Shown: positions 25,685-34,186 of the stretch, piece by piece
How the letters are laid out: every line of letters begins with the position of its first letter
Position numbering within the stretch: position 1 is the stretch's first letter
DNA from: a virus
Lineage: Duplodnaviria > Caudoviricetes
Reading direction: 5' to 3' (one strand)
IMG/VR virus record: IMGVR_UViG_3300029985_000074
Span: 1-42,886 of that record
DNA length: 42,886 bases
Notes under the pieces: model-generated
What the model was told of the DNA's origin: nothing
The model's input: the letters and a program-made list of their open reading frames with translations, nothing else
Database searches by the model: none
Position numbers and translations under genes: made by a program

Positions 25685-27964
25685 TTACTTTACGTTTGAT
25701 TTTGAAAACCATCCAGTTCCATGTTTTTTAGACATATTATCATAATATTTCTTCGTCATACCAACTCCATCATCGGTCATCTGTCCAATTTTTGCTTTTC
25801 CAGATTTAACGTCGGGTCTTTGTTCGATGTGTTTTTCCAATAGTGCCACGCCTATTCCTCGTTTTTGGTAAGGCTCTTCCACCCATACACCAACTGCTCC
25901 AAATTCATTAGATGCCAATCCTATCGGCGTATTATCAATGAAGGCGGCAATTGATGTATCCTGCATAGGAAGATTAGATTCCAGTTTTTCTGCATCGGTC
26001 ATCATTATAACATTTCCACCGGAGTCTCTTTTTATTTCCCCACTTTCATCATAAGCAACATACTCGTTTTTCTCACCACGCTGTCGAAATTCAACTTTAA
26101 ATTCACCATATTGACCAACATCTAATAATACTGGCCATCGGGAGACATCCCCCAACCATTTTAATCCGCCCGCTTTTCTGTATTGTTTATAGGCAGTTGA
26201 TGGTATATGACCAGTATAGTGATGTTTCATGAATTTATCCTTGTCAATTTCATGCGGTGATTTTTCCTTTTCCTTTTTTATTTCGTCGGCTAATTCTACA
26301 ATTCTCTTTTCCAATCGACGTTTAATATATCCATCCGGTTCTTTATCCCACTCGTCTATTAAATCATTCTTTTCTTTTCTTAATTTGGACAGTATTTCAT
26401 CATTTTCACATATTAAAAAATAATTTCGAATATCCTTATGCTCTTCTAAGAAGGTGAGTTTTCCTATGGTTCTTAAAAAATTATTTATAATATCCCAAGC
26501 CGCCGCTTCATGTCCAGTTTCCAATAAATCATCAACTTCTAACTGAGTATTTAAATTTGCGTTATCATAGAATAAAGTCAATTCGTGGATGCCAACCATA
26601 TCACTGGACATTACTTCATCCATTTCTATATTTTCAAACAATAAAGATTTTAATTTAATATGTCGCATTTTATTTTCTTTTATACCTATTAAAGTTTCCA
26701 AATATCCAGCGACATTTTCATGTCCGGTTCTTTTTAATACAAATATAATATCATTTATGTTTCTAATCTGGACGGATTCTTTAGATGTTGCAAATATTTG
26801 TTGTTGTTGGGAATTCAACATTTTATTATACTTGGTTATAGCATCAAATATTTCTTCATCAATCGTTCCATTGTTATACAACCGAGTATATTCTTGCGGT
26901 GGAATTGCTTGTTGTAAAATTTCTAATACTCCATCTATATTTCGTTGATTATGAGCGTAGTCGACATCGATTTGCTCTAATGTATCTTTAATTTTAGGTT
27001 CATTTCCCATATCATTTAAAGATCGTCTTAAATCTTCATTATCTCGAAAATATCCCAAATCATCAACGTCACCACCACTTATTAATTGTTCCCATACGAA
27101 TGATTTAGCCAATTCATCTAGTTTGTCGGTATCTAGTCCATATCCATTAGCAATAACTTTAAAATCATTCAGTGAACTTACACTATCTTCCAATTTATAT
27201 TCTCGGTTAAGGTTATCAACATATGATTTCCAAATTGAGTCGGTTCCTTCATTTTTTACAAATTCGTCTATCAACATTGCGTCATATTTATTTTTTCTTG
27301 ATTCAGGATCATCTGATGACATATAATTTTCAATGGCTTCTTGAACGTATTCAGGCCACTGATATTCTCCATCACCAATCATATTACTATAACTTATGGT
27401 ATTATCATTTTTTTCATAAACGGTATAATCGCCGTTAGAATCTCCAGTTATAGCATATTTTTGATTATCTCGTTTATCCAGTAATATTATAATGGTTTCT
27501 TTATAGTAATAATTATTCCACCACTTTTCACTGGCAACAATACACCACTTCGTATTATTTCCGTAATAGGCACAGGACTCATGAGTTGTTGGAGCGACAA
27601 TTAGGAATTCCTCATCGTCAAGTATCATATTAGCCCCTTCACGAGTTTTTTCTTTATTGCTCTTTACACGAGTTGATAAGGCAAGTTTTAAATCATTATA
27701 TGATTTTAATTTGTAAATATCCCTAAGAGAGGCTTGATATTTATCAAATTGATTAACATCTTTTAATAAATCTTCTATATCGGTATTTGGTTCTGAACTA
27801 GCAATTTTTCCTATCCAGTCTATATACTTTTTATTTGAAGATGGGTCATTTAGAATAATTCTTCTTCGTAATTCCGGTTGCAACATTTCATATTTCTTAT
27901 TGAAATCTTCTATACGACCTTCTAATAGAATGTCTTCTAATAATAATGTTTTTAATTTAATCAT
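25685..27964 (-). CDS. Multidomain protein (PcfJ-like N-terminal region, C-terminal GNAT) with N-terminal and internal MIKLK-type leaders
   Basis: MIKLKTLLLE; DPS..KKY..W; P.T..SC.YG..TKWC; internal MRHIKLKSLLFE at 26635-26668; VWVEEPYQKRGIG. Confidence 0.65.
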   Translation of the reverse strand: MIKLKTLLLEDILLEGRIEDFNKKYEMLQPELRRRIILNDPSSNKKYIDWIGKIASSEPNTDIEDLLKDVNQFDKYQASLRDIYKLKSYNDLKLALSTRVKSNKEKTREGANMILDDEEFLIVAPTTHESCAYYGNNTKWCIVASEKWWNNYYYKETIIILLDKRDNQKYAITGDSNGDYTVYEKNDNTISYSNMIGDGEYQWPEYVQEAIENYMSSDDPESRKNKYDAMLIDEFVKNEGTDSIWKSYVDNLNREYKLEDSVSSLNDFKVIANGYGLDTDKLDELAKSFVWEQLISGGDVDDLGYFRDNEDLRRSLNDMGNEPKIKDTLEQIDVDYAHNQRNIDGVLEILQQAIPPQEYTRLYNNGTIDEEIFDAITKYNKMLNSQQQQIFATSKESVQIRNINDIIFVLKRTGHENVAGYLETLIGIKENKMRHIKLKSLLFENIEMDEVMSSDMVGIHELTLFYDNANLNTQLEVDDLLETGHEAAAWDIINNFLRTIGKLTFLEEHKDIRNYFLICENDEILSKLRKEKNDLIDEWDKEPDGYIKRRLEKRIVELADEIKKEKEKSPHEIDKDKFMKHHYTGHIPSTAYKQYRKAGGLKWLGDVSRWPVLLDVGQYGEFKVEFRQRGEKNEYVAYDESGEIKRDSGGNVIMMTDAEKLESNLPMQDTSIAAFIDNTPIGLASNEFGAVGVWVEEPYQKRGIGVALLEKHIEQRPDVKSGKAKIGQMTDDGVGMTKKYYDNMSKKHGTGWFSKSNVK

Positions 27965-28365
27965 TGATAATCCTTTATATCAATAAATGTAGAAGAAGGG
28001 ATTATTCCCTTATATATAAAAGGTCTAAAATCTTCATCCTCATGAGCAATAACATTGGGGTCAACATCAAATTTAGAAATATCTAATTTTGAAGTATCAA
28101 TCGAAATAATAACAATTTCATCAAACCAATGTTCTGGAATTTTAGGGTTTTCACTTACCTCAATAAATGAACCAGCCGCATTCTCATCTTCAGCAAGATA
28201 AACTCCTGACTCGATACCTTCGAAATTATGTAGAATTTCATCATCTTTTGGAAGCAATCCAAGTTTTTGTATTCTTGGTATTAACGCATTAAACGTGGCA
28301 TGATACAATACCGGAGGAATTGGTTTATGTAGTGCTTCTGTTAATAATGATTTTAAAAGTATCAT
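27961..28365 (-). CDS. ADP-ribosyltransferase-fold (Tpt1/KptA-like) protein with MILLK leader
   Basis: MILLKSLLTE; LYHAT...I...GL.P...GVYLA....A...IISID...Y.G.IP. Confidence 0.65.
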   Translation of the reverse strand: MILLKSLLTEALHKPIPPVLYHATFNALIPRIQKLGLLPKDDEILHNFEGIESGVYLAEDENAAGSFIEVSENPKIPEHWFDEIVIISIDTSKLDISKFDVDPNVIAHEDEDFRPFIYKGIIPSSTFIDIKDYQ

Positions 28366-29114
28366 AGCGTAAAAAAGTAATGAATATCTGAGATAGTATC
28401 ATAGGCAAATATAAATCTAGACCCTTCTCCAAATTCAAAGTCATCTGGATTTCTTGATAAATGAACTCTAAACAACTTGTATTGTTTAGGAATACTATTT
28501 TCCATTATCTTATCGATAAATTCTAATTTAGTAAGGGGAGTGCTATTTTCAATTGCCTGTGCCATTTCAGTGGCATCACTAAATAATTGACCGCTATCCA
28601 ATATAGTTCGACAATCCCCACAAAAAAAATACTTTTCATTAAATCCAGTTTCTTCCGATAATTCATTGCCCGTTTCACTTTCCGGATAAAAAAGAGTGAT
28701 GGGGCGAATAGGACCAAATTTTGAACTTACCCATCTCTGCCAAATTATACTTTTGCTTTTATCTTCTAATACTTGTTTTTGTGCCTTGGTTGGCTCATTC
28801 CCTTCGACAAAAATCTTATTATTCCAAGGAACTTTTACAACTCGCATCCATCCCTTTGCGAATGCTTGTTCACACATTGCGGCGGATGCTTCATCGAAAT
28901 CAAAACTTTTATCTGTATTCGCATTCTTAAAAACCTGTTTTACTAAAGCATTATTTACCCCGAAAAGCGAGTTGTTATCGGCAACATATAACCCATGCTG
29001 TGTATCGTTAGTGTCATATACTGTCCCATCTTTATCCAACCAAATCAAAATTGCATTAATTTGAGTTACATTTTTTAATGTATTTTCAGTTAATAATGAT
29101 TTAAGTTTAATCAT
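28362..29114 (-). CDS. Two-domain hypothetical protein with MIKLK leader
   Basis: MIKLKSLLTE; first domain W...G.VYD...H...A..KGW.RV resembles the last domain of the 1106-aa protein; LSEE junction. Confidence 0.65.
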   Translation of the reverse strand: MIKLKSLLTENTLKNVTQINAILIWLDKDGTVYDTNDTQHGLYVADNNSLFGVNNALVKQVFKNANTDKSFDFDEASAAMCEQAFAKGWMRVVKVPWNNKIFVEGNEPTKAQKQVLEDKSKSIIWQRWVSSKFGPIRPITLFYPESETGNELSEETGFNEKYFFCGDCRTILDSGQLFSDATEMAQAIENSTPLTKLEFIDKIMENSIPKQYKLFRVHLSRNPDDFEFGEGSRFIFAYDTISDIHYFFTL

Positions 29115-29119
29115 ATTAT

Positions 29120-29127
29120 TATAAATA
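29120..29127 (-). promoter_or_regulatory. TATTTATA putative phage promoter motif
   Basis: 5 nt upstream of the ATG at 29114. Confidence 0.55.
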
Positions 29128-30570
29128 TCAAGTCTTTGAAGCTAAATGCGCCTTAATTAAATCTAAATATTCCTCTTTAGTAGTATTGGGATTTTCAAGT
29201 TGTTGGTCTTTAACCAAATCCAATAGTTCTTTGAATAAAGGGCCTTGCTTCAATCCCAAATCCATTAAATCTTTCCCCGTCACTGGCAACTTAGCATTTT
29301 TTGCTGGAATGGTATTTTTTAACTTTTCTATACGAGAACGTATATTAGGTATTTGGTTTGGCATGGTATGACTTCCCTCGTGCGAAGCATTGTCAGCCTC
29401 CATGACATCAAGCATAGTTTCTAAATGGTCTCCTAAATCAACTGAAAATTTTCTAAGTGTTTTGTCCGTGGCGACCTCACCATCATCACCCGCTCGTTTC
29501 AATCTCATATGATTAGCAATCCCGACAACTACTGCATCAATAATATCAGTTGGGTATTTTAATCGGGTTAATATATCTTTCGCCATTTCACTTCCAACTT
29601 TCTCATGTGCGTAAAAATGAACTTCCCCATCGATGACAGTTTTTGTCTTCGTTTTTCCGATATCATGTAGGAGCGAAGTCAGCCTATTTAATAATTCTGG
29701 CTTTGTTTTTTTCATTACCTCAATAGAATGCATCCATACATCAGATTTATGATATTTATTTTGCCCTAGTTTATATGCCGCTTTAAATTCTGGTATTATA
29801 TAATCCAATAGTCCCACTATCTTTAATAATTTTAATGCCTTTTCTGGTCGAGTAGTAACCAACATTTTATTTAATTCCGATTGAATTCGTTCTGCCGATA
29901 TATTTTTTAGTTCCCCCGCATTTCTTTTTAATGATTTTATTATGTATAGCGGAATTTCATGTCCATATTTTGCATAAAATCTTACAATTCTCAGTTGTCT
30001 AAGCGGGTCATCTTTGAAAGTTTTATCGGGGTCTATTGGAGTTCTTATTATTCCATTTTTTAAATCGTCCATTCCCTTCCCCGTCAAATCTAATATTTCT
30101 CCGGTAGATATATTTTTATATAATGAATTGTAGGTTATGTCTCTTCTCTCCGCATCTCCTTTTAATGTAGTCGATTGAACTTCTGGATGTCTAGACCCAA
30201 CCGTGTATTTTTCAGACCGAGGCATAACCGCCTCAATCTCAAATCCGTTTAAATTTATTCCATTATGCGTTATTCCATTTAAATTAAATTTACTAGTTCC
30301 AAATTTTTCAAATGTAACTGGGTTTGAATGTTCTTTATAATTTCCGATTTTTTTCGTAATCCAATTGGAAAATAATATTCCTCCATTTTCTTTATCGATA
30401 ACTATATCCAAGTCCTTGGCATCCCGGCCTGAAATTTGGTCTCTGACGTATCCTCCACAAGCATAAACGAGTCCATCCCACTCAGTTCCTTTTATAATTT
30501 GCTTTATAAAATCTTCGGCGGTTTCTTCTAATTTCCCTTCCAAAAGGATTGATTTCAAACTTATTCTCAT
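29128..30570 (-). CDS. cca: CCA-adding tRNA nucleotidyltransferase (class II) with HD domain and MRISLK leader
   Basis: GGYVRD...KDLD; R.E.Y..GSRHP; DA.RRD.T.N; DDPLR.LR..RF; SAERI..E..K; H..DVW.H; LLHDIGK; HFY.HE..G. Confidence 0.92.
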   Translation of the reverse strand: MRISLKSILLEGKLEETAEDFIKQIIKGTEWDGLVYACGGYVRDQISGRDAKDLDIVIDKENGGILFSNWITKKIGNYKEHSNPVTFEKFGTSKFNLNGITHNGINLNGFEIEAVMPRSEKYTVGSRHPEVQSTTLKGDAERRDITYNSLYKNISTGEILDLTGKGMDDLKNGIIRTPIDPDKTFKDDPLRQLRIVRFYAKYGHEIPLYIIKSLKRNAGELKNISAERIQSELNKMLVTTRPEKALKLLKIVGLLDYIIPEFKAAYKLGQNKYHKSDVWMHSIEVMKKTKPELLNRLTSLLHDIGKTKTKTVIDGEVHFYAHEKVGSEMAKDILTRLKYPTDIIDAVVVGIANHMRLKRAGDDGEVATDKTLRKFSVDLGDHLETMLDVMEADNASHEGSHTMPNQIPNIRSRIEKLKNTIPAKNAKLPVTGKDLMDLGLKQGPLFKELLDLVKDQQLENPNTTKEEYLDLIKAHLASKT

Positions 30571-30575
30571 ATTCT

Positions 30576-30583
30576 TATAAATA
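30576..30583 (-). promoter_or_regulatory. TATTTATA putative phage promoter motif
   Basis: 5 nt upstream of the cca ATG. Confidence 0.55.
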
Positions 30584-31137
30584 TTAAGATTTGGAGGATA
30601 AATAAGATTTTATTATATCTAAATATTGTTCTTTACTTGTATTTTGATTTTCAAGTTTTATGTTTACAATCATATTTAATATATAAATACAATCAATAGA
30701 TGATAAATTATATGGGATATCTGATATTGTGAGTGGAAATGTTACTTTACCGCCTCGCCCAATGTTAAACCTGCGGTCATTATCAATATATACTCCGGCT
30801 TCTTTCAATACTCTTTGTATAGGATAGGAAGATAATTTATAAATGCCAAATCCTGATAGGACTAACGCTATAGATTCTGGAGTTATTATTTTATATAAAT
30901 TACATATTACGTCAATAACCTCGCTTGATAGTTTTATTTTCATCTTTTCCGACTCCTCCGGACACTTCCTTCCTCGGTTCCACGCAGGTCTCCCTTTACT
31001 GGATGCTGAAAGATTTCGTTTGTGTTCTTCGGTAAATATACATCCCAACTTTGCTTTGCTTATTTTACGTCCCGCTAATCGAAGTATTTCTGGGTTATTT
31101 TTTATAGTAATTGTTCTAGATTTTATGACTTTATCAT
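30584..31137 (-). pseudogene. NUMOD3-type endonuclease fragment fused to a diverged copy of the CCA-enzyme C-terminus
   Basis: Frame is open upstream of the listed TTG with no ATG (KISKAKLG..FTEEHKRNLSASSKGRPAWNRG); ends LENQNTSKEQYLDIIKSYLSSKS versus cca LENPNTTKEEYLDLIKAHLASKT. Confidence 0.55.
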
Positions 31138-31517
31138 AAATTTTCTACGGTTCCGGTTAATGATATACCATTTTCGACTGGTTGCCAATTTATTATATTA
31201 TTGCTATCAACGGCCTTGGCTCCCGCAGATTTGTTAATTGCTAGTGTAATATGTGGTATTTTATTGGTAGAATGGTATCCTTCAACTTTAACGGCAAATG
31301 CCTTATCATCTTTTCCAATTGCCACCACTTTTAATGTGACTGGAGTTCCTGTATTATCTACTAATTTCCCAAAAGATATCGTCATGTGATGAGCAATTAC
31401 AAACCATCCATCAGGTATTTCTGATTTATAGGTTTCCAATAATAAATTTCTAGATTTATCATCTAACAATACTGCCGAATATGTTGGCTTTTTGAGTAAT
31501 TCTTTTAATTTTATCAT
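31134..31517 (-). CDS. 2H phosphoesterase (cyclic phosphodiesterase-like) with MIKLK leader
   Basis: Two HxT motifs, HHMTI and PHITLA; A.DSN.I..W. Confidence 0.8.
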   Translation of the reverse strand: MIKLKELLKKPTYSAVLLDDKSRNLLLETYKSEIPDGWFVIAHHMTISFGKLVDNTGTPVTLKVVAIGKDDKAFAVKVEGYHSTNKIPHITLAINKSAGAKAVDSNNIINWQPVENGISLTGTVENL

Positions 31518-31843
31518 AACGTTTCTTCAAATTTTATAACTCTCGTAGAATATATATCGCTCATAATAAAATCAATTGCATCCAACGGCAACCAAACTTT
31601 CAATACTGCAACTTTATCTTCTGGAGTATTGTGATATGTTGATGCTATTTGCTTAGAATATTCAGGTCTAAGCGAAAAATAAGTTTTAGACTTAAATCCA
31701 TTTAATTTTATAGATTTTAAGTTTTTGATGGGAGTTCCGTGATATGCCAAGAGTCTATTATGTTCGACAATTCCTTTATGTCTAGAAATCCAGTCGGCTC
31801 TATATTCTTCAGCAGACTCTAATAATGTCATTAATTTAATCAT
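31514..31843 (-). CDS. Small ADP-ribosyltransferase-fold protein with MIKLM leader
   Basis: MIKLMTLLE; AYHGT..NL.SI...GF...YFS. Confidence 0.55.
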   Translation of the reverse strand: MIKLMTLLESAEEYRADWISRHKGIVEHNRLLAYHGTPIKNLKSIKLNGFKSKTYFSLRPEYSKQIASTYHNTPEDKVAVLKVWLPLDAIDFIMSDIYSTRVIKFEETL

Positions 31844-32982
31844 AACTGTTTTATATATTTTATTGGTATAGTGTGGTTTATTATCAATGTATAGGGCGAC
31901 ATATCCGACGGTATTTCCGCATTAAAATCAATTTCTAAAGTCGACCCAATATATTCATGTATTAAATACTCCGAAACCTCTGGTTCATATTCGGCGTTTA
32001 ATTCCGGTATATTATTTTCCAGTTTAAATCTCGGCAAGTCTATCTCTAAACAAACGTCACCATAAGTTCCATCTTGATATTCTTCTACGTTTACAGTTGT
32101 AAATATTCCATATGCGCCTCGGTTATTAATTCCAGTTCCATAACTACCAACCATTTTGCCAGAGGTCTTAATCAATTCTAATTTTTCAGGTGTTGTATAG
32201 TGATATACCTTAATTGGGTTATTTTTAAAATCCTTTAGAGTTGACTCTAAAACCCTACTGTAAATAATGTCGACATCAACTTCCAATTCCTGCTCGGCTC
32301 TGTCATATATCCACTGATGTATATCTTTTATAACATCGAAAGTTTCATTTTCTTTATTGTGAATTAACCATACCGTATTTTTATCATCCGTTAACTTTAC
32401 AATTTTTTCCTCGAAATACGTATCATATTGTAAATCAAATCTCTTAATCAATTTTGAAAGTTCTAACTTTAAACATTCATAATCGAAATGGTCTATATAT
32501 TCTTGCCAATCATCCCATTTATCAGAGTCTTCCGGATACATTTCTTCACGTTCTTGGTCAGTTATTTCGGATATTTTCTTAGGTAATACCAACTTATTTT
32601 TAACAACATCACCCGGAGCATTTTCAATTTTTTCCGCTTTTAACATCTTTATTTGTTTTGGAGACATCACGAAACAATCAAATCCTCTATCATTGGGTAA
32701 TATTGCGCCATCATACCCTTCTCGCTCTAATTCCCAAAGTCCAAGAGAAGAATACTCTCTCCAACCGGCCGGTTTATTAAATGTTATTTCAGCCGTAATT
32801 ATAATTCCCTTTCCAGCAGCACCAACGTCTCCATTTACAATATTTTCTTTTTTTGAAGTAAACCAAATAAGTCCCTGAACAGATTTTTTTAAACTAAACT
32901 TCCTAAACTTTATATTAGTTCCATGATACACCACAAGTTTAGTAGGAGTAACATTTTCCAATAATGACTTTAATTTAATCAT
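31840..32982 (-). CDS. Protein with two ADP-ribosyltransferase-like domains and MIKLK leader
   Basis: MIKLKSLLE; VVYHGT..F..F...WFT...GYDG.I...P.QIK; second VYHYT...I...G...GIFTT...YGDV.LEID. Confidence 0.6.
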   Translation of the reverse strand: MIKLKSLLENVTPTKLVVYHGTNIKFRKFSLKKSVQGLIWFTSKKENIVNGDVGAAGKGIIITAEITFNKPAGWREYSSLGLWELEREGYDGAILPNDRGFDCFVMSPKQIKMLKAEKIENAPGDVVKNKLVLPKKISEITDQEREEMYPEDSDKWDDWQEYIDHFDYECLKLELSKLIKRFDLQYDTYFEEKIVKLTDDKNTVWLIHNKENETFDVIKDIHQWIYDRAEQELEVDVDIIYSRVLESTLKDFKNNPIKVYHYTTPEKLELIKTSGKMVGSYGTGINNRGAYGIFTTVNVEEYQDGTYGDVCLEIDLPRFKLENNIPELNAEYEPEVSEYLIHEYIGSTLEIDFNAEIPSDMSPYTLIINHTIPIKYIKQL

Positions 32983-33349
32983 ATATAGATACGTCTTCTA
33001 TGTTGATGTCGTATAAATTATTAAATTTAATATAATGTTTCAATGTTCCTTTTGAAAATTCATAAGGAATTCCATTCAAACTTACCCAATGATGAGTCAT
33101 CACATCAATTACTTCTTCATCTTCACTGCTATAAAATGGTTCATCTGTTTTAATATGTCCGAAATGTTTTTTAAATTGTGGAAATTCCGATATTATTGAT
33201 GAGACTATACCCTGACAATCACCCAACCTCTGATGGTCTATAAACTCATTCCACGACGAATATCCCTCATATTCATATAATGAGTATTTCACTCTTTCCA
33301 ACAAATCCGGAATAGGCTGCTCCGTTAATAATGATTTTAATTTAATCAT
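32975..33349 (-). CDS. Papain/transglutaminase-like protein with MIKLK leader
   Basis: MIKLKSLLTE; GDC...G....HHWV...YEFS (Cys-His-acid triad spacing). Confidence 0.5.
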   Translation of the reverse strand: MIKLKSLLTEQPIPDLLERVKYSLYEYEGYSSWNEFIDHQRLGDCQGIVSSIISEFPQFKKHFGHIKTDEPFYSSEDEEVIDVMTHHWVSLNGIPYEFSKGTLKHYIKFNNLYDINIEDVSIYD

Positions 33350-33918
33350 TTTAAATGTGGCTGAATAAAGGTTTTAAAGAATATTTTATTTCTTCCCAAA
33401 TCAATTTTATGTCCGGCCCCAGTTGTAACTGTTCTTTTATATTCTTTAGACACGGTTTTCCAGTCATTTGTTAATACGGCTCTGACAAAATGTGGAAATT
33501 TATGTAAAGATCCAAGATTAAACGCAAAATCAATCAACATCTCCTCCTTGTCCTGTTCTAACTGTGGAATCTGAACTTTAAACATACTCTTAATATCATG
33601 ATAGACAATCTGTTTAGCAATTCCCAAATCATTAATTAACAACTGTTCAGCTTCCTTGTCGGTTAATCCATTACTATAATTACCACCCCGTCCCCCAATT
33701 TTATGTCCATATCCTACAGTTGGAGACCCACCTTCTACTGATGGATATGGATAAAATTTTCCATTTTTATATCCGGTATGATTGTTATTTTCAACTTGCT
33801 TCATATAATTAATGAGGGTTGACGAAAAATGTCCTCTAGATTGATGTTGAATATGTGCCGGTGGAACGTCTAATGCCTCAAGCATAATGATTTTATAAGT
33901 TAATTTATCAATTTCCAT
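33346..33918 (-). CDS. T4-lysozyme-like muramidase (GH24)
   Basis: Likely start MEIDKLTYKIIMLE (33918); E...YP......PTVGYGH...T..EAEQLL..D...LIDFAFNLG...KFP.F..A...DW..V..E. Confidence 0.82.
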   Translation of the reverse strand: MEIDKLTYKIIMLEALDVPPAHIQHQSRGHFSSTLINYMKQVENNNHTGYKNGKFYPYPSVEGGSPTVGYGHKIGGRGGNYSNGLTDKEAEQLLINDLGIAKQIVYHDIKSMFKVQIPQLEQDKEEMLIDFAFNLGSLHKFPHFVRAVLTNDWKTVSKEYKRTVTTGAGHKIDLGRNKIFFKTFIQPHLK

Positions 33919-33927
33919 AGTATAAGG

Positions 33928-33935
33928 TATAAATA
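33928..33935 (-). promoter_or_regulatory. TATTTATA putative phage promoter motif heading the leader-tagged operon
   Basis: 9 nt upstream of the ATG at 33918. Confidence 0.55.
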
Positions 33936-34024
33936 TATTGATGTCAACCAATTATTTAAATTAAAATAAGTTGATGTTTTGTTGTTTCTTGATATATTTA
34001 TATATGATAACCATATAACAAATT

Positions 34025-34186
34025 ATGAATGATACATTAAAAAAAGCCCAAAAAAAATATATGAATAAAAAAATGATGGAGGGCTGGCGGCATGTTCGGG
34101 TATTTATTCCAGTCGAATTAAAATTTAAATTATTGAAGTTCAAAAATGATATGATGAAAGAATATTATGAGAAATTTAAATCCTAA
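34025..34186 (+). CDS. 53-aa basic leader ORF (ribbon-helix-helix-like) overlapping the endonuclease start
   Basis: MNDTLKKAQKKYMNKKMMEGWRHVRVFIPVELKFKLLKFKNDMMKEYYEKFKS; same TATTATG overlap as the two 5' cassettes. Confidence 0.55.
   Translation: MNDTLKKAQKKYMNKKMMEGWRHVRVFIPVELKFKLLKFKNDMMKEYYEKFKS

Noticed and set aside
24712-33349. MIKLK leaders as Sec or lipoprotein signal peptides
   Set aside because: They are too short, lack a hydrophobic core, AxA site or lipobox, and end in Glu.
2231-33935. TATAAATA hits as T4-type late promoters on the plus strand
   Set aside because: They consistently sit just upstream of minus-strand starts, and plus-strand genes show TATTTATA, so the functional orientation is the reverse.
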